DNA of 64,000 bases from Hyphomicrobiaceae bacterium (GTDB taxonomy: Bacteria > Pseudomonadota > Alphaproteobacteria > Rhizobiales > Hyphomicrobiaceae): NCBI GenBank assembly GCA_031393505.1, contig JANMVX010000175.1, positions 3,536 through 67,535 of the forward strand. The letters run 5' to 3'. Each line of letters starts with the position of its first letter. Position 1 is the first letter of the stretch. This document shows, in pieces, positions 19,679-28,598 of the stretch. Both the position numbers and the translations under genes were made by a program. The notes under the pieces are model-generated. The model worked only from the letters and a program-made list of their open reading frames with translations, was not told the origin of the DNA and did no database searches.

Positions 19679-19734
19679 GGCGAAATCCAGCGCGAAAATT
19701 GGCGTTCCTGGGCAACTGTTATAGGCTCCGCGCC

Positions 19735-20841
19735 ATGGATGCACCTCTTCCTGATCGCCCGTTGAAGCGTGGCTGGACCACCGGCTGTTGCGCGGCGGCG
19801 GCCACGCGCGGTGCGCTGGAGGCGCTTTGGAGCGGCGAGACGCCCGCGACGGTTCCGGTGACGCTACCCAGCGGCGACCGGCCGGAGTTCGCGCTGGCGA
19901 GCTGCGAGGTCGGCGAGGGTTGGGCGCGTACGGGTGTGGTTAAGGACGCGGGCGACGACCCCGATGTCACCCACGGCGCTTTGATCGTGGCGACCGTCCG
20001 CGCCGGCTCGCCCGGTTCCGGCGTCACCTTCCGCGCCGGTCCAGGCGTCGGCACCGTCACCAAACCGGGCCTTCCGCTCCCCGTCGGCGAGCCCGCCATC
20101 AACCCCGTCCCGCGCAAAATGATCGCCGCCGCCGTCGCCGAGGCCGCCGCAGCGCATGGGAAATCCGCCGATGTGATGGTCGAAATCTCCGTCCCCGGCG
20201 GCGAGGAAATCGCCAAGAAAACCCTGAACGGCCGCCTTGGCATCATCGGCGGCATCTCCATTCTCGGCACCACCGGCATCGTCGTGCCTTACTCCTGCGC
20301 GGCCTGGATCCACTCCATCCATCGCGGCATCGATGTCGCGCGCGGGACCGGCCTGACGCATGTTGCCGGCGCCACCGGGTCCACCTCGGAAGCGGCCGTC
20401 GCCAAGCTCTACGACCTGCCGGAAACCGCCCTGATCGACATGGGCGATTTCGTCGGCGGCATGGTGAAATACCTCCGCACCCACCCGATCCCGCGCGTCA
20501 CCATCGCGGGGGGTTTCGCCAAGATGGTCAAGCTGGCGCAGGGCCGTTTGGACCTGCATTCGCGCAGCGGCGAGATCGATATGGCGGTGCTGGCCGGGTG
20601 GCTCGGCGAGGCCGGCGCGCTGCCCGAGTTAACCGCTCAAGCCGCCGCCGCAAACAGCGCCCTGGAAGTGCTTTCTCTGTCACAACAGGCCGGCGTCGAC
20701 CTGGCGGCCCTGGTGGCGGCTCGTGCCCTCGCAACCGCACAGGCAGCAGCGAAAAACGCGGATTTCAGCCTCGACCTAGCGGTTTTCGACCGTGCAGGGC
20801 GCCTTTTGGCACGCGCCGGGTTAACAGCGCCACCAACCTGA
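19735..20841 (+). CDS. cbiD: cobalt-precorrin-5B (C1)-methyltransferase family protein CbiD
   Basis: ORF 19699..20841. Start at ATG 19735. LKRGWTTGCCAAAATRGALEAL and DAGDDPDVTHG motifs typical of CbiD. Confidence 0.9.
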   Translation: MDAPLPDRPLKRGWTTGCCAAAATRGALEALWSGETPATVPVTLPSGDRPEFALASCEVGEGWARTGVVKDAGDDPDVTHGALIVATVRAGSPGSGVTFRAGPGVGTVTKPGLPLPVGEPAINPVPRKMIAAAVAEAAAAHGKSADVMVEISVPGGEEIAKKTLNGRLGIIGGISILGTTGIVVPYSCAAWIHSIHRGIDVARGTGLTHVAGATGSTSEAAVAKLYDLPETALIDMGDFVGGMVKYLRTHPIPRVTIAGGFAKMVKLAQGRLDLHSRSGEIDMAVLAGWLGEAGALPELTAQAAAANSALEVLSLSQQAGVDLAALVAARALATAQAAAKNADFSLDLAVFDRAGRLLARAGLTAPPT

Positions 20842-20974
20842 TTTGCGATATATTTGCCACACACCACTCGTTATTTTGCTCATTTTGAGGCCCCCACCAA
20901 AGTGTGATCGCAATAAGCCTGCTACGGAGGAAATGCCGCTGATTCCGTAGCGGTTTCAAGGGGAGGATCTTGTC

Positions 20975-21670
20975 ATGATGCAGAAAGCAATCGCAGAATT
21001 CATCGGAACGGCAACGCTCGTGCTGCTCGGCTGCGGCGCGGCCGTGATCGCCGGCGACAAGATCGGCTTCATGGGCATCAGCTTCGCTTTCGGCCTGGCG
21101 ATCGTGGCCATGGCTTACGGCATCGGCCCGATCTCGGGCTGCCACGTCAACCCCGCGGTCAGCCTTGGCGCTCTGATCGCCGGCCGCATGTCGACCGCCG
21201 ATTTCATCACCTATGTGATCGCGCAGTGCCTGGGCGCGGTCGCCGGCGCGTTCATTCTGTACCTGATCGTGACGGGCAAGATCGCCGGCCATGACGTGGC
21301 CAAGGCGGGGCTGGGCCAGAACGGCTGGGGCGTCGGATACCTGGGCGAATACGGCATGGCGTCGGCCTTCATCTTCGAGGTTGTGGCGACCTTCCTGTTC
21401 CTGGTCGTCATCCTGGGCGTGACGCAGAAGGGCTCGCCCTCGACGCTGGCGGGCCTGGCCATCGGCCTGACGCTGGTGGTCATCCATCTGGTCGGCATCC
21501 CGATCGACGGCACGTCCGTCAACCCCGCCCGGAGCCTTGGCCCGGCCCTGTTCGTGGGCGCTGGCGCCCTCTCCCAGCTCTGGCTGTTCATCGTCGCGCC
21601 GGCCATTGGCGCCGCCGCAGCGGGCCTACTGTTCCGCGCTGGCGCGCCGCTCGACGCCAACCAGTCCTAA
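20975..21670 (+). CDS. aqpZ: aquaporin Z
   Basis: 231-aa MIP-family ORF with two NPA boxes (SGCHVNPAVSLG, TSVNPARSLG). Confidence 0.9.
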   Translation: MMQKAIAEFIGTATLVLLGCGAAVIAGDKIGFMGISFAFGLAIVAMAYGIGPISGCHVNPAVSLGALIAGRMSTADFITYVIAQCLGAVAGAFILYLIVTGKIAGHDVAKAGLGQNGWGVGYLGEYGMASAFIFEVVATFLFLVVILGVTQKGSPSTLAGLAIGLTLVVIHLVGIPIDGTSVNPARSLGPALFVGAGALSQLWLFIVAPAIGAAAAGLLFRAGAPLDANQS

Positions 21671-21691
21671 TCTGTTCTAAACTCACGGGGT

Positions 21692-21712
21692 CGAGGGGCA
21701 CGTTGCCCCTCG
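21692..21712. terminator. GC-rich hairpin between convergent aqpZ and cobM (possible bidirectional terminator)
   Basis: CGAGGGGCA-CGT-TGCCCCTCG followed by TCTTCATTTT on the + strand. Confidence 0.45.
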
Positions 21713-21715
21713 TCT

Positions 21716-22474
21716 TCATTTTGGCGACCGATACCGCCGATGATAGTCGGCGCTGTAGAGCGCGCTTTCGCGCTCCAATTGCCCCGACAGCGCCCGCCCC
21801 ACCAAGATCAATGCGGTTCGTTCAATTGGTTGAGAAGCCATTGATTTTGTTATTGTTTTCAGAGTTCCCTTGACGATTTTCTCGTCCGGCCAGCTGGCTC
21901 GATAGACCACCGCCACTGGACAATCCTCGCCATAGTACGGGATGAGTTGCGCCACCACATCGGCCAGGACATGGATCGACAGATGGATCGCCAGCGTCGC
22001 GCCAGTGGCCGCGAAAGCGCTGAGTTTTTCGCGTTCCGGCATGGCCGAGGCGCGTCCCGAGGTGCGTGTCAGCACGACGGATTGGGCGACTTCCGGCAGG
22101 GTTAACTCCCGCCCGAGCGCCGCTGCGGCCGCCGAAAAGGCCGGAACTCCGGGCGTTATCGTATGGGGAATGCCCAGCGTCTCCAGCCTGGCGAGTTGCT
22201 CGCCGAGCGCGCTCCAGATCGAGAGATCGCCGGAGTGGAGGCGGGCGACGTCCGATCCCTCCGTATGCGCCCGCACGAACTCGGCCGTGATGGCGTCCAG
22301 GTCCAGGGGGGCGGTGTCGATGATGCGCGCGCCCGGCGGGCAGAGGGCGACGATCTCCCTGGGCACCAGTGAGCCGGCGTAGAGGCAGACCGGCGAGGCG
22401 GCGACCAACCGTTGGCCGCGCACCGTGATGAGGTCGGGCGCGCCCGGGCCGGCGCCGATGAAGTGGATGGTCAT
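21716..22474 (-). CDS. cobM: precorrin-4 C11-methyltransferase
   Basis: The C-terminal 252 aa of ORF 21716..22864, from ATG 22474 ([20 protein letters not shown]). 4-bp overlap with the cobE stop. Confidence 0.9.
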   Translation of the reverse strand: MTIHFIGAGPGAPDLITVRGQRLVAASPVCLYAGSLVPREIVALCPPGARIIDTAPLDLDAITAEFVRAHTEGSDVARLHSGDLSIWSALGEQLARLETLGIPHTITPGVPAFSAAAAALGRELTLPEVAQSVVLTRTSGRASAMPEREKLSAFAATGATLAIHLSIHVLADVVAQLIPYYGEDCPVAVVYRASWPDEKIVKGTLKTITKSMASQPIERTALILVGRALSGQLERESALYSADYHRRYRSPK

Positions 22475-22932
22475 GGGGTGGAAGCTCCGGAGCCGATGGC
22501 GAGAGCGACAGTGACGGTTGCATAGGCGACGCGCGGGGCGAGCAGCATGCCGTCGGGTCCGGCGGCGGCGAGGGCGGCGGCCTCGGCGACCGAGGGCACG
22601 CCGGTGGCCGCCATGGAGCGGTCCGAAAACGTGCTGCATCCCGTTGCGTGCCGCTGCAATTGCGTTGCGCTGAAGACCACCAGCGTTGCGCGCCCGGCAC
22701 GTCCAGTGACGCTCCGGTCCTCCGATGTTGCGTCCGGTGTCGACGCGCCCGTGGCGGCGCCCAAGCGGAGCGCGGCGGCGCGCATGGCGCTCATGGTTTG
22801 CGCACGGTCGAGCGAGGCGAGCACGGCCACCTCGGCGGGGTCGATGCCGTTGCGCCTGCAACAATCCGTCACCGCCATGACGATCTCATCCGCCGTCGCG
22901 CTGGTCCGCGTGCCCACTCCCGCGACGATCAT
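22471..22932 (-). CDS. cobE: cobalamin biosynthesis protein CobE (CbiG C-terminal-domain-like)
   Basis: 153-aa ORF ([18 protein letters not shown]...[15 protein letters not shown]) placed between cobL and cobM, with 4-bp overlaps on both sides. Confidence 0.7.
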   Translation of the reverse strand: MIVAGVGTRTSATADEIVMAVTDCCRRNGIDPAEVAVLASLDRAQTMSAMRAAALRLGAATGASTPDATSEDRSVTGRAGRATLVVFSATQLQRHATGCSTFSDRSMAATGVPSVAEAAALAAAGPDGMLLAPRVAYATVTVALAIGSGASTP

Positions 22933-24137
22933 GGTTTCACCGCCCGCCAGTGCGTGACCGGCATGGCCGGACGCCAGCCGGTGAGGCCGCCCACGGGATC
23001 GGCGCGATCGATGGCCACGCGGGTGAGGCTGCCGCCTTTTCGCGCGTATTCGGCGAGCACGAGCTGTTCGGTTTCCAACGTCACGGCGTTAACCACGAGC
23101 CGGCCGCCGGAGGGCAGCGCGGCCCATACCCGGTCGATCAGCCCGGCCTCGCGCGCGCCGCCGCCGATGAACACCGCCTGCGGAGGATTTAGCCGCGCGA
23201 GCGCCTCACCGATCCCGCCGGTCTCGATGCGCAACCCCGGCACGCCGAACGCCAGCGCGTTGCGCGCCGCCCGCGCCGCCCGCTCGGGGTTGCGCTCGAC
23301 GCCGCTCGCCGTGAGGCTCGGATCGGCCAGCATCCACTCAATAGCGACCGAGCCGGAGCCGCAACCGAGATCCCACAGGTGCTCGCCACGTTTGGGCGCG
23401 AGGCTGGAGACCGTCAGGGTACGGATTTCTCGTTTTGTGATCTGGCCGTCATGCTCGAACCAGTCGTCGGGCAGGCCGGATGTGTACGGAAGGACGCGCG
23501 CCCCGGGATCGTCCGCAACTTCGATGGCCATGACGTTGAGGGCGTTCACGTCTGTGTACGCATAGTGCCGTGCGGGTACGGTTCGCGTCCGCTCCGCCGC
23601 GCCGCCCATCGCCTCCAACACGGTGATCCGCGAGCTGCCGAAACCCCGCGTGGTGAGCAGTTTCGCCACCACGCCGGGCGTCCCCGCGTCGGCCGACAAC
23701 GCCAGTATTCGCGCGCCAAAATGCAGCAGCGGGATCAATCGCTCCACCGCGCGGCCGTTGACGCCAAGCGTCAGCGTATCCTGCAGCGCCCACCCCAGCC
23801 GGTTCGCCGCCAGCGAAAAGGCCGAGGGCTGCGGATAGGCGCGCCATTCCTCCGCCGGCAGATCTTTTACCAATAGCGAGCCGACCCCGTGATGGAACGG
23901 ATCGCCGGTCGCCAAAACAACGACGCGCCGCCCACGCTGGGCGAGCACGAGGCCTCGCGCCGCCTCGAACGGCGACGGCCACGGCGTCGACCAACCCGCG
24001 AGGCTGCCGACCAACGCCAAATGCCGCCGCCCGCCGAACACAACTTCAGCCGATTCTATCAGCGTTTTCGCCGCCGGCGAGAGACCGGAAAGCCCATCCT
24101 CGCCGATGCCAATGATGGACAGCCAGGGGGCGCTCAT
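22929..24137 (-). CDS. cobL: precorrin-6Y C5,15-methyltransferase (decarboxylating), CbiE+CbiT fusion
   Basis: ORF 22929..24233. Start at ATG 24137 (MSAPWLSIIGIGEDGLSGL). C-terminal SAM-methyltransferase motif (LWDLGCGSGSVAIEW). Confidence 0.9.
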   Translation of the reverse strand: MSAPWLSIIGIGEDGLSGLSPAAKTLIESAEVVFGGRRHLALVGSLAGWSTPWPSPFEAARGLVLAQRGRRVVVLATGDPFHHGVGSLLVKDLPAEEWRAYPQPSAFSLAANRLGWALQDTLTLGVNGRAVERLIPLLHFGARILALSADAGTPGVVAKLLTTRGFGSSRITVLEAMGGAAERTRTVPARHYAYTDVNALNVMAIEVADDPGARVLPYTSGLPDDWFEHDGQITKREIRTLTVSSLAPKRGEHLWDLGCGSGSVAIEWMLADPSLTASGVERNPERAARAARNALAFGVPGLRIETGGIGEALARLNPPQAVFIGGGAREAGLIDRVWAALPSGGRLVVNAVTLETEQLVLAEYARKGGSLTRVAIDRADPVGGLTGWRPAMPVTHWRAVKP

Positions 24138-24167
24138 TGCGTCACCACCCATCGCGGCACCCACGGA

Positions 24168-24370
24168 CCTCTCCTCTCCCCGCCTCTTCGCGGGGAGAGG
24201 AGACCGCGTCTCGCAGCCGCCTCTTCGCGACAAGAGCCACGCGGTCGGTGAGGGGCAGCGACTGGCTCCGTCCCCGTCGCAACTGGGGGAAATCTATCGT
24301 CCGTACCCGCTGCTGCCCTTCATCCGGCGCAAGAGCGCCACCTTCTCCCCGTAACCACGGGGAGAAGAGA
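24168..24370. repeat. dispersed palindromic repeats in the cobL/cobK divergent intergenic region
   Basis: 24171-24275 is about 85% identical to 39421-39525 (…GGAGACCGCGTCTCGCAG…AAGAGCCACGCGGTCGGTGAGGGGCAGC…). 24316-24370 carries a CCTTCATCCGG…CCACCTTCTCCCCGTAACCACGGGGAGAAG unit of the family seen at 49.5, 50.1, 59.0 and 59.6 kb. Confidence 0.55.
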
Positions 24371-24495
24371 TCACCGCCTTCGCCGCCTCGTCTTGGTTGG
24401 CTCTGCATCCGAGTTCCGATTGGCAGTTTGTCCTGTGCGCTGGATGGCGCCGGACTTATAGTGTTGGGCCATCCCGTGACCACAACCAAAGCCCC

Positions 24496-25263
24496 ATGCC
24501 CCTCAACATCCTCATCCTTGGCGGCACGTCCGAGGCCAGCGCGCTCGCCGGCCGACTGGCGGGGGACGCGCGCTATAGCGCCACCCTGTCCCTGGCGGGA
24601 CGGACGGTCTCGCCGCGCCTGCCCGCGATCCCAACCCGCATCGGCGGGTTCGGCGGCACGGACGGGCTGGCGGCCTATCTCAAAGCGAACGACGTTCACA
24701 TCCTGATCGACGTCACGCATCCGTTCGCCGAACAGATCAGCGCCAACGCCGCCGCCGCCGCGAACACGACGCATACGCCTCTGATCGTGCTCAGCCGCCC
24801 CGCCTGGCGACCTGTCGCGGGCGACCGATGGACCCTGGTGGAAACCCTCGTCGCCGCCGCAGCCGCGCTCCCCGAAACACCAGAGCGCATCTTCCTCACC
24901 GTCGGCCGGCAATCGCTCGCGCCCTTCGAACGCAAACCTCAGCACACATACATCATCCGCGTCATCGACCCGCCCGACATCCCGGCGGAGATGGTCCGCA
25001 CCGAAATCATCGTCGGACGCGGCCCCTTCGAAGTCGCCGCCGAGACCGAGTTGCTCCGAACGCATCGCATTAACAGCATAGTCACAAAAAACTCCGGCGG
25101 CAAGGCGTCCGCCGCCAAACTGGCCGCCGCGCGCGCGCTCGGCCTGCCCGTCATACTGGTCGAAAGGCCAGCATCCACGGGCGTTTCCGCCGTAACCACG
25201 GTCGACGATGTTCTTACTCTCCTGGCGCAGCATCACGCCTCCTTGGCGAAGCGCTCGGAATAG
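24496..25263 (+). CDS. cobK: precorrin-6A reductase
   Basis: ORF 24397..25263. Start at ATG 24496 (MPLNILILGGTSEASALA). HILIDVTHPFA and VTKNSGG motifs. The 3' end overlaps convergent cobJ by 31 bp. Confidence 0.9.
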   Translation: MPLNILILGGTSEASALAGRLAGDARYSATLSLAGRTVSPRLPAIPTRIGGFGGTDGLAAYLKANDVHILIDVTHPFAEQISANAAAAANTTHTPLIVLSRPAWRPVAGDRWTLVETLVAAAAALPETPERIFLTVGRQSLAPFERKPQHTYIIRVIDPPDIPAEMVRTEIIVGRGPFEVAAETELLRTHRINSIVTKNSGGKASAAKLAAARALGLPVILVERPASTGVSAVTTVDDVLTLLAQHHASLAKRSE

Positions 25264-25991
25264 ACCAGCGGCGGCAGACCCGGCCGGTCAATGATCCGCG
25301 TCGCCTCGCAACCGACAATGATCAGCGTACGCATGTCGGCACGCGCCGGATCGGCCTCGCCCAGGCGCACGACATCGATCCGCTCATCGCGGCGGCCGAC
25401 CGAGGTGGCGAACACGACCGGCGTCTCGGCCCCACGCAAGTCCCGAAGCAGCGCGAACGCTTTGCCGATCCGATCCGGGCGCGCCAGCGAGGCCGGATTG
25501 TAAAGGGCCAGCGCCAGCCCTGCCTCGGACGTCAACCGCAGCCGCTTCTCGATCAGCGACCACGGCTTTAGGTTGTCCGACAGCGACAGGCAGGCGAAAT
25601 CCGCCCCCAGCGGCGCTCCCACGCGGGCCGCCGCCGCCAACATGGCTGTGACGCCAGGTTCGACGCGCACGTCCAATTCGCGCCAGGACGCCGGGCCGCA
25701 CTCGATGGCCTCGCACACGGCGGACGCCATCGCGAACACGCCGGGATCGCCGCCCGAAACGACGACCACCTGGCGGCCCGAGCGTGCGGCCGAAAGCGCG
25801 GCGTTGGCGCGGAGCAGCTCATCGCCATTGTCGGAGGCGTGCCGGATCTGACCGGGGCGTAGTGGCGCGCGCTCGACATAAGGTCCGTAGCCGAACAGAT
25901 CGTCGGCATCGGCGAGCGCCGCGGTGACGGCCGGCGTCAACCAGCCGTCCGGCCCCGGCCCGATACCGACAACTGTCAGACGTCCGCTCAT
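25233..25991 (-). CDS. cobJ: precorrin-3B C17-methyltransferase
   Basis: 252-aa ORF (LTVVGIGPGPDGWLTP, VVVVSGGDPGVFAMAS). Confidence 0.9.
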   Translation of the reverse strand: MSGRLTVVGIGPGPDGWLTPAVTAALADADDLFGYGPYVERAPLRPGQIRHASDNGDELLRANAALSAARSGRQVVVVSGGDPGVFAMASAVCEAIECGPASWRELDVRVEPGVTAMLAAAARVGAPLGADFACLSLSDNLKPWSLIEKRLRLTSEAGLALALYNPASLARPDRIGKAFALLRDLRGAETPVVFATSVGRRDERIDVVRLGEADPARADMRTLIIVGCEATRIIDRPGLPPLVYSERFAKEA

Positions 25992-26719
25992 AGGCAGCGC
26001 CCCCGCCCCGGCACCAGAAGCATCGAGAAATAGGGCGCAACATCGTCCGCCTTGTCGCTCAGCTTAAGGACGATCTCTCCGGCCATGCTGCCGCGCTCAA
26101 CGTAGATGGCGCGCTCCGCCAATCCCGCGACCGTCAGTGCGCGCCGCACTTTGGCAAAGTTGCGGCCGAGTTTCATGATCACAAGCGCGTCGGCCACGCG
26201 CATGCGCTCGATCAGGGCGTCCTCGGACAATGTGCCGGGCAGCACCTGGAGGACGTCGTCGCTGTAGGTGATGGGCGTGCCGGCTTGCGTCCAGCAGGCC
26301 TGCATGCCGGTGATGCCGGGCACGACCTCGATGGCGTGCTTTCCGGCCAGCCGATGATAGATGTGCATGAAGGAGCCGTAGAAGAACGGATCGCCCTCGC
26401 AGGTCAGCGCCACGTGCTGGCCCTGGGTGAGACGTGTCGAGATGGTTTCGGCCGCCGTGTCGTAAAAGGCCGTCATCGCCGCCGAATAGGTCTCACCCTG
26501 GGACGGAACCTCCGTGGTCAGAGGATATTCCAGCGGCAATTCCTCCGCGCCAGGCGCGATATGCCCGCCGATGATGGTGCGAGCGTGCCCCTGATGGCCG
26601 CGCTTGTGGAAATAAGCGACGACGCCGGAGCGGGCGAGAATGCGCGCGGCCTTCAGCGTCATCAATTCCGGATCGCCGGGACCGACACCGACGCCGTAGA
26701 GTTTTCCAGGCGCGCTCAC
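25988..26719 (-). CDS. cobI: precorrin-2 C20-methyltransferase
   Basis: 243-aa ORF (GKLYGVGVGPGDPELMTLKA, LTCEGDPFFYGSF). Confidence 0.9.
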   Translation of the reverse strand: MSAPGKLYGVGVGPGDPELMTLKAARILARSGVVAYFHKRGHQGHARTIIGGHIAPGAEELPLEYPLTTEVPSQGETYSAAMTAFYDTAAETISTRLTQGQHVALTCEGDPFFYGSFMHIYHRLAGKHAIEVVPGITGMQACWTQAGTPITYSDDVLQVLPGTLSEDALIERMRVADALVIMKLGRNFAKVRRALTVAGLAERAIYVERGSMAGEIVLKLSDKADDVAPYFSMLLVPGRGRCL

Positions 26720-27348
26720 TCTCTCTCACTCGCCAACGCATTGAGCGCCGCCGCCGCCATGGCGCTGCCGCCTTTTCGCCCGCGTACAACAGCCCAACTG
26801 AGATCCGTGCGCGCCGCCAGTGCGTCCTTCGATTCCGCCGCGCCAACAAAGCCAACCGGCATGCCGATGATGGCGGCGGGACGGGGGGCGCCGGCGTCGA
26901 TCATCTCCAGGAGACGAAACAACGCCGTCGGAGCATTGCCTATCACGACCACGGCGCCCTTGAGTTTTTCGCCCCACAGCTCCATGGCGGCGGCCGTCCG
27001 GGTGTTGCCGATCTTGGCAGCCAACTCGGGCACGCGCGGATCATGCAGTGTACAGACGACATCGTTGCTCGCCGGCAGCCGGGAGCGTGTTACGCCATCG
27101 GCGATCATGCGCGCGTCGCACAGGATCGGCGCGCCGGAGGCCAGCGCGTCGATCCCGCGTTGAGCGAAATTGGCCGAAAAAGCGATGTCGCGCGCCACTT
27201 CGACCATACCGCAGGCGTGGATGATGCGGACGGCAACGCGCTCTTCCAGCTTGGAGAAGCGTGCGAGATCGGCCTCGGCGCGGATGATCGCGAAGGATTT
27301 TGCGTAGATGGCCGCGCCGTCGCGGACGTAGTTTTGGGGAGCGGTCAT
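26716..27348 (-). CDS. cobH: precorrin-8X methylmutase
   Basis: 210-aa ORF (YVRDGAAIYAKSFAIIRAEADL, IHACGM, VVIGNAPTALFRLLE). Confidence 0.9.
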   Translation of the reverse strand: MTAPQNYVRDGAAIYAKSFAIIRAEADLARFSKLEERVAVRIIHACGMVEVARDIAFSANFAQRGIDALASGAPILCDARMIADGVTRSRLPASNDVVCTLHDPRVPELAAKIGNTRTAAAMELWGEKLKGAVVVIGNAPTALFRLLEMIDAGAPRPAAIIGMPVGFVGAAESKDALAARTDLSWAVVRGRKGGSAMAAAALNALASERE

Positions 27349-28598
27349 CGGCGCGCCTCCGCTTGTCCAAGGACCCGGTCGACAGCGCCGGACAGGGTCG
27401 ACGGATCGAGCGCGCGCTCCACCGGTTCGTCCGTTGGCGCACCATTCAGCACCAGATCATAGCGGCCGTCACGCGCGACAAAGGTCACCGCCGCCCTTCC
27501 GCGATGGGCGCAGCCCTTGGCGCAGCCGGAGACATGGATCGTCCCCGGAGCGATCACGCGCGCGCCAAAATGCTGGGCGATCCGCGCCGCGTCGTCGCGT
27601 GTCGGCGTCGTGCCGTTGCTGCATCCCGGCGCGCCGGTACAGGCGTCGATGGCGAGCCGCGCATCCAGGGGACCGGTGACGAGTTGCAGCCGCAGCGCCG
27701 CCGCCAGCAGGCGCTCAACCTCGGCCTCGGTCGCGCAGACGAAGGCCATCGTCCGCCACGGCGTGAGGCGGATTTCTGCCGCAGGGGCGGCATCGACCAA
27801 CTGCGCCAACTGGTCCGTCGCGATCCGCCCGAACGGCAACCCGATGGCAGTGATACGGACGTGGGCTGACAGATTGAGCGCGCCGACAAATACTTTCCGA
27901 TCTGCTGGGCCCAGGACGGTTTCGCAATGCAATCCGCCCTTGGCGAACATTGCGGGTGCACCAAGTGTCGCCACCGCATCGCGCATCCGTGGCCGCTTCG
28001 TAATCAGAAACGCCTTGGCCAGCGCCAGCATCGCATCGGCGACGGAGTGCCAGTGCAGCGGCTCGGACACGTCGTCCGCCCCCGCAAGCGCAATGCGCCA
28101 GGGAGCAGCGTCATCACACGCATACGCCGTAACATCCGCCCCGGTGGCGCCCAGCGGCCACCGTCCGCCGCCGTCGACGGCGAAACCAAATTTCGCCGGC
28201 AACGCGTGCAAAGACGTGTCCTCGCGCAGTTCCGTCTCCAGCGCGCGGGCCATGACGGAACCGTCCTTGCACGACGCATCGAGCCCCGCGAGCGGCGACA
28301 GGATCACGTTGCGCACCGCCTCGGCCTCGGCGGAGGGATCAATCAGGCCGAGCGCGAAAAGTTCGTCCGTTAACGCCGGGAGCGCATTTTCGCGAATGCC
28401 GCGCAGCTGTAGATTGGCGCGCTGCGTCAAGTCGATGGAGCCATTGCCGAAGCGCGCGGCCAAAATGGCGATACGCCCGGCAGTTTGCGCCGGCAGCGCG
28501 CTGCAGCTAATCCGTAGGCGCACGATCAACCCATCGCCGGACGGCATGGGACGGAGCGCGCCGGGGCACCAGCCTTTGCGTAACGGAAGCGCGCTCAT
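27345..28598 (-). CDS. cobG: precorrin-3B synthase (O2-dependent monooxygenase)
   Basis: ORF 27345..28652. Start at ATG 28598, an ATGA overlap with the cobN stop. Sulfite/nitrite-reductase-like ferredoxin half-domains (CPGALRPMPSGDGLIVRLR, CTGAPGCSNG, VSGCAKGCA). Confidence 0.85.
   Translation of the reverse strand: MSALPLRKGWCPGALRPMPSGDGLIVRLRISCSALPAQTAGRIAILAARFGNGSIDLTQRANLQLRGIRENALPALTDELFALGLIDPSAEAEAVRNVILSPLAGLDASCKDGSVMARALETELREDTSLHALPAKFGFAVDGGGRWPLGATGADVTAYACDDAAPWRIALAGADDVSEPLHWHSVADAMLALAKAFLITKRPRMRDAVATLGAPAMFAKGGLHCETVLGPADRKVFVGALNLSAHVRITAIGLPFGRIATDQLAQLVDAAPAAEIRLTPWRTMAFVCATEAEVERLLAAALRLQLVTGPLDARLAIDACTGAPGCSNGTTPTRDDAARIAQHFGARVIAPGTIHVSGCAKGCAHRGRAAVTFVARDGRYDLVLNGAPTDEPVERALDPSTLSGAVDRVLGQAEARR

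Noticed and set aside
22475-22864. N-terminal extension of the cobM ORF (21716..22864)
   Set aside because: It overlaps cobE in another frame and is Arg-rich nonsense. The CobM homology starts at [11 protein letters not shown] (ATG 22474).
24138-24495. Second cobalamin riboswitch in the cobL/cobK divergent region (also checked: 19679-19734 and 34841-34915)
   Set aside because: No GCCACTG / AGCCAGGAGACC-type B12-box elements are present. The space is occupied by dispersed palindromic repeats instead.
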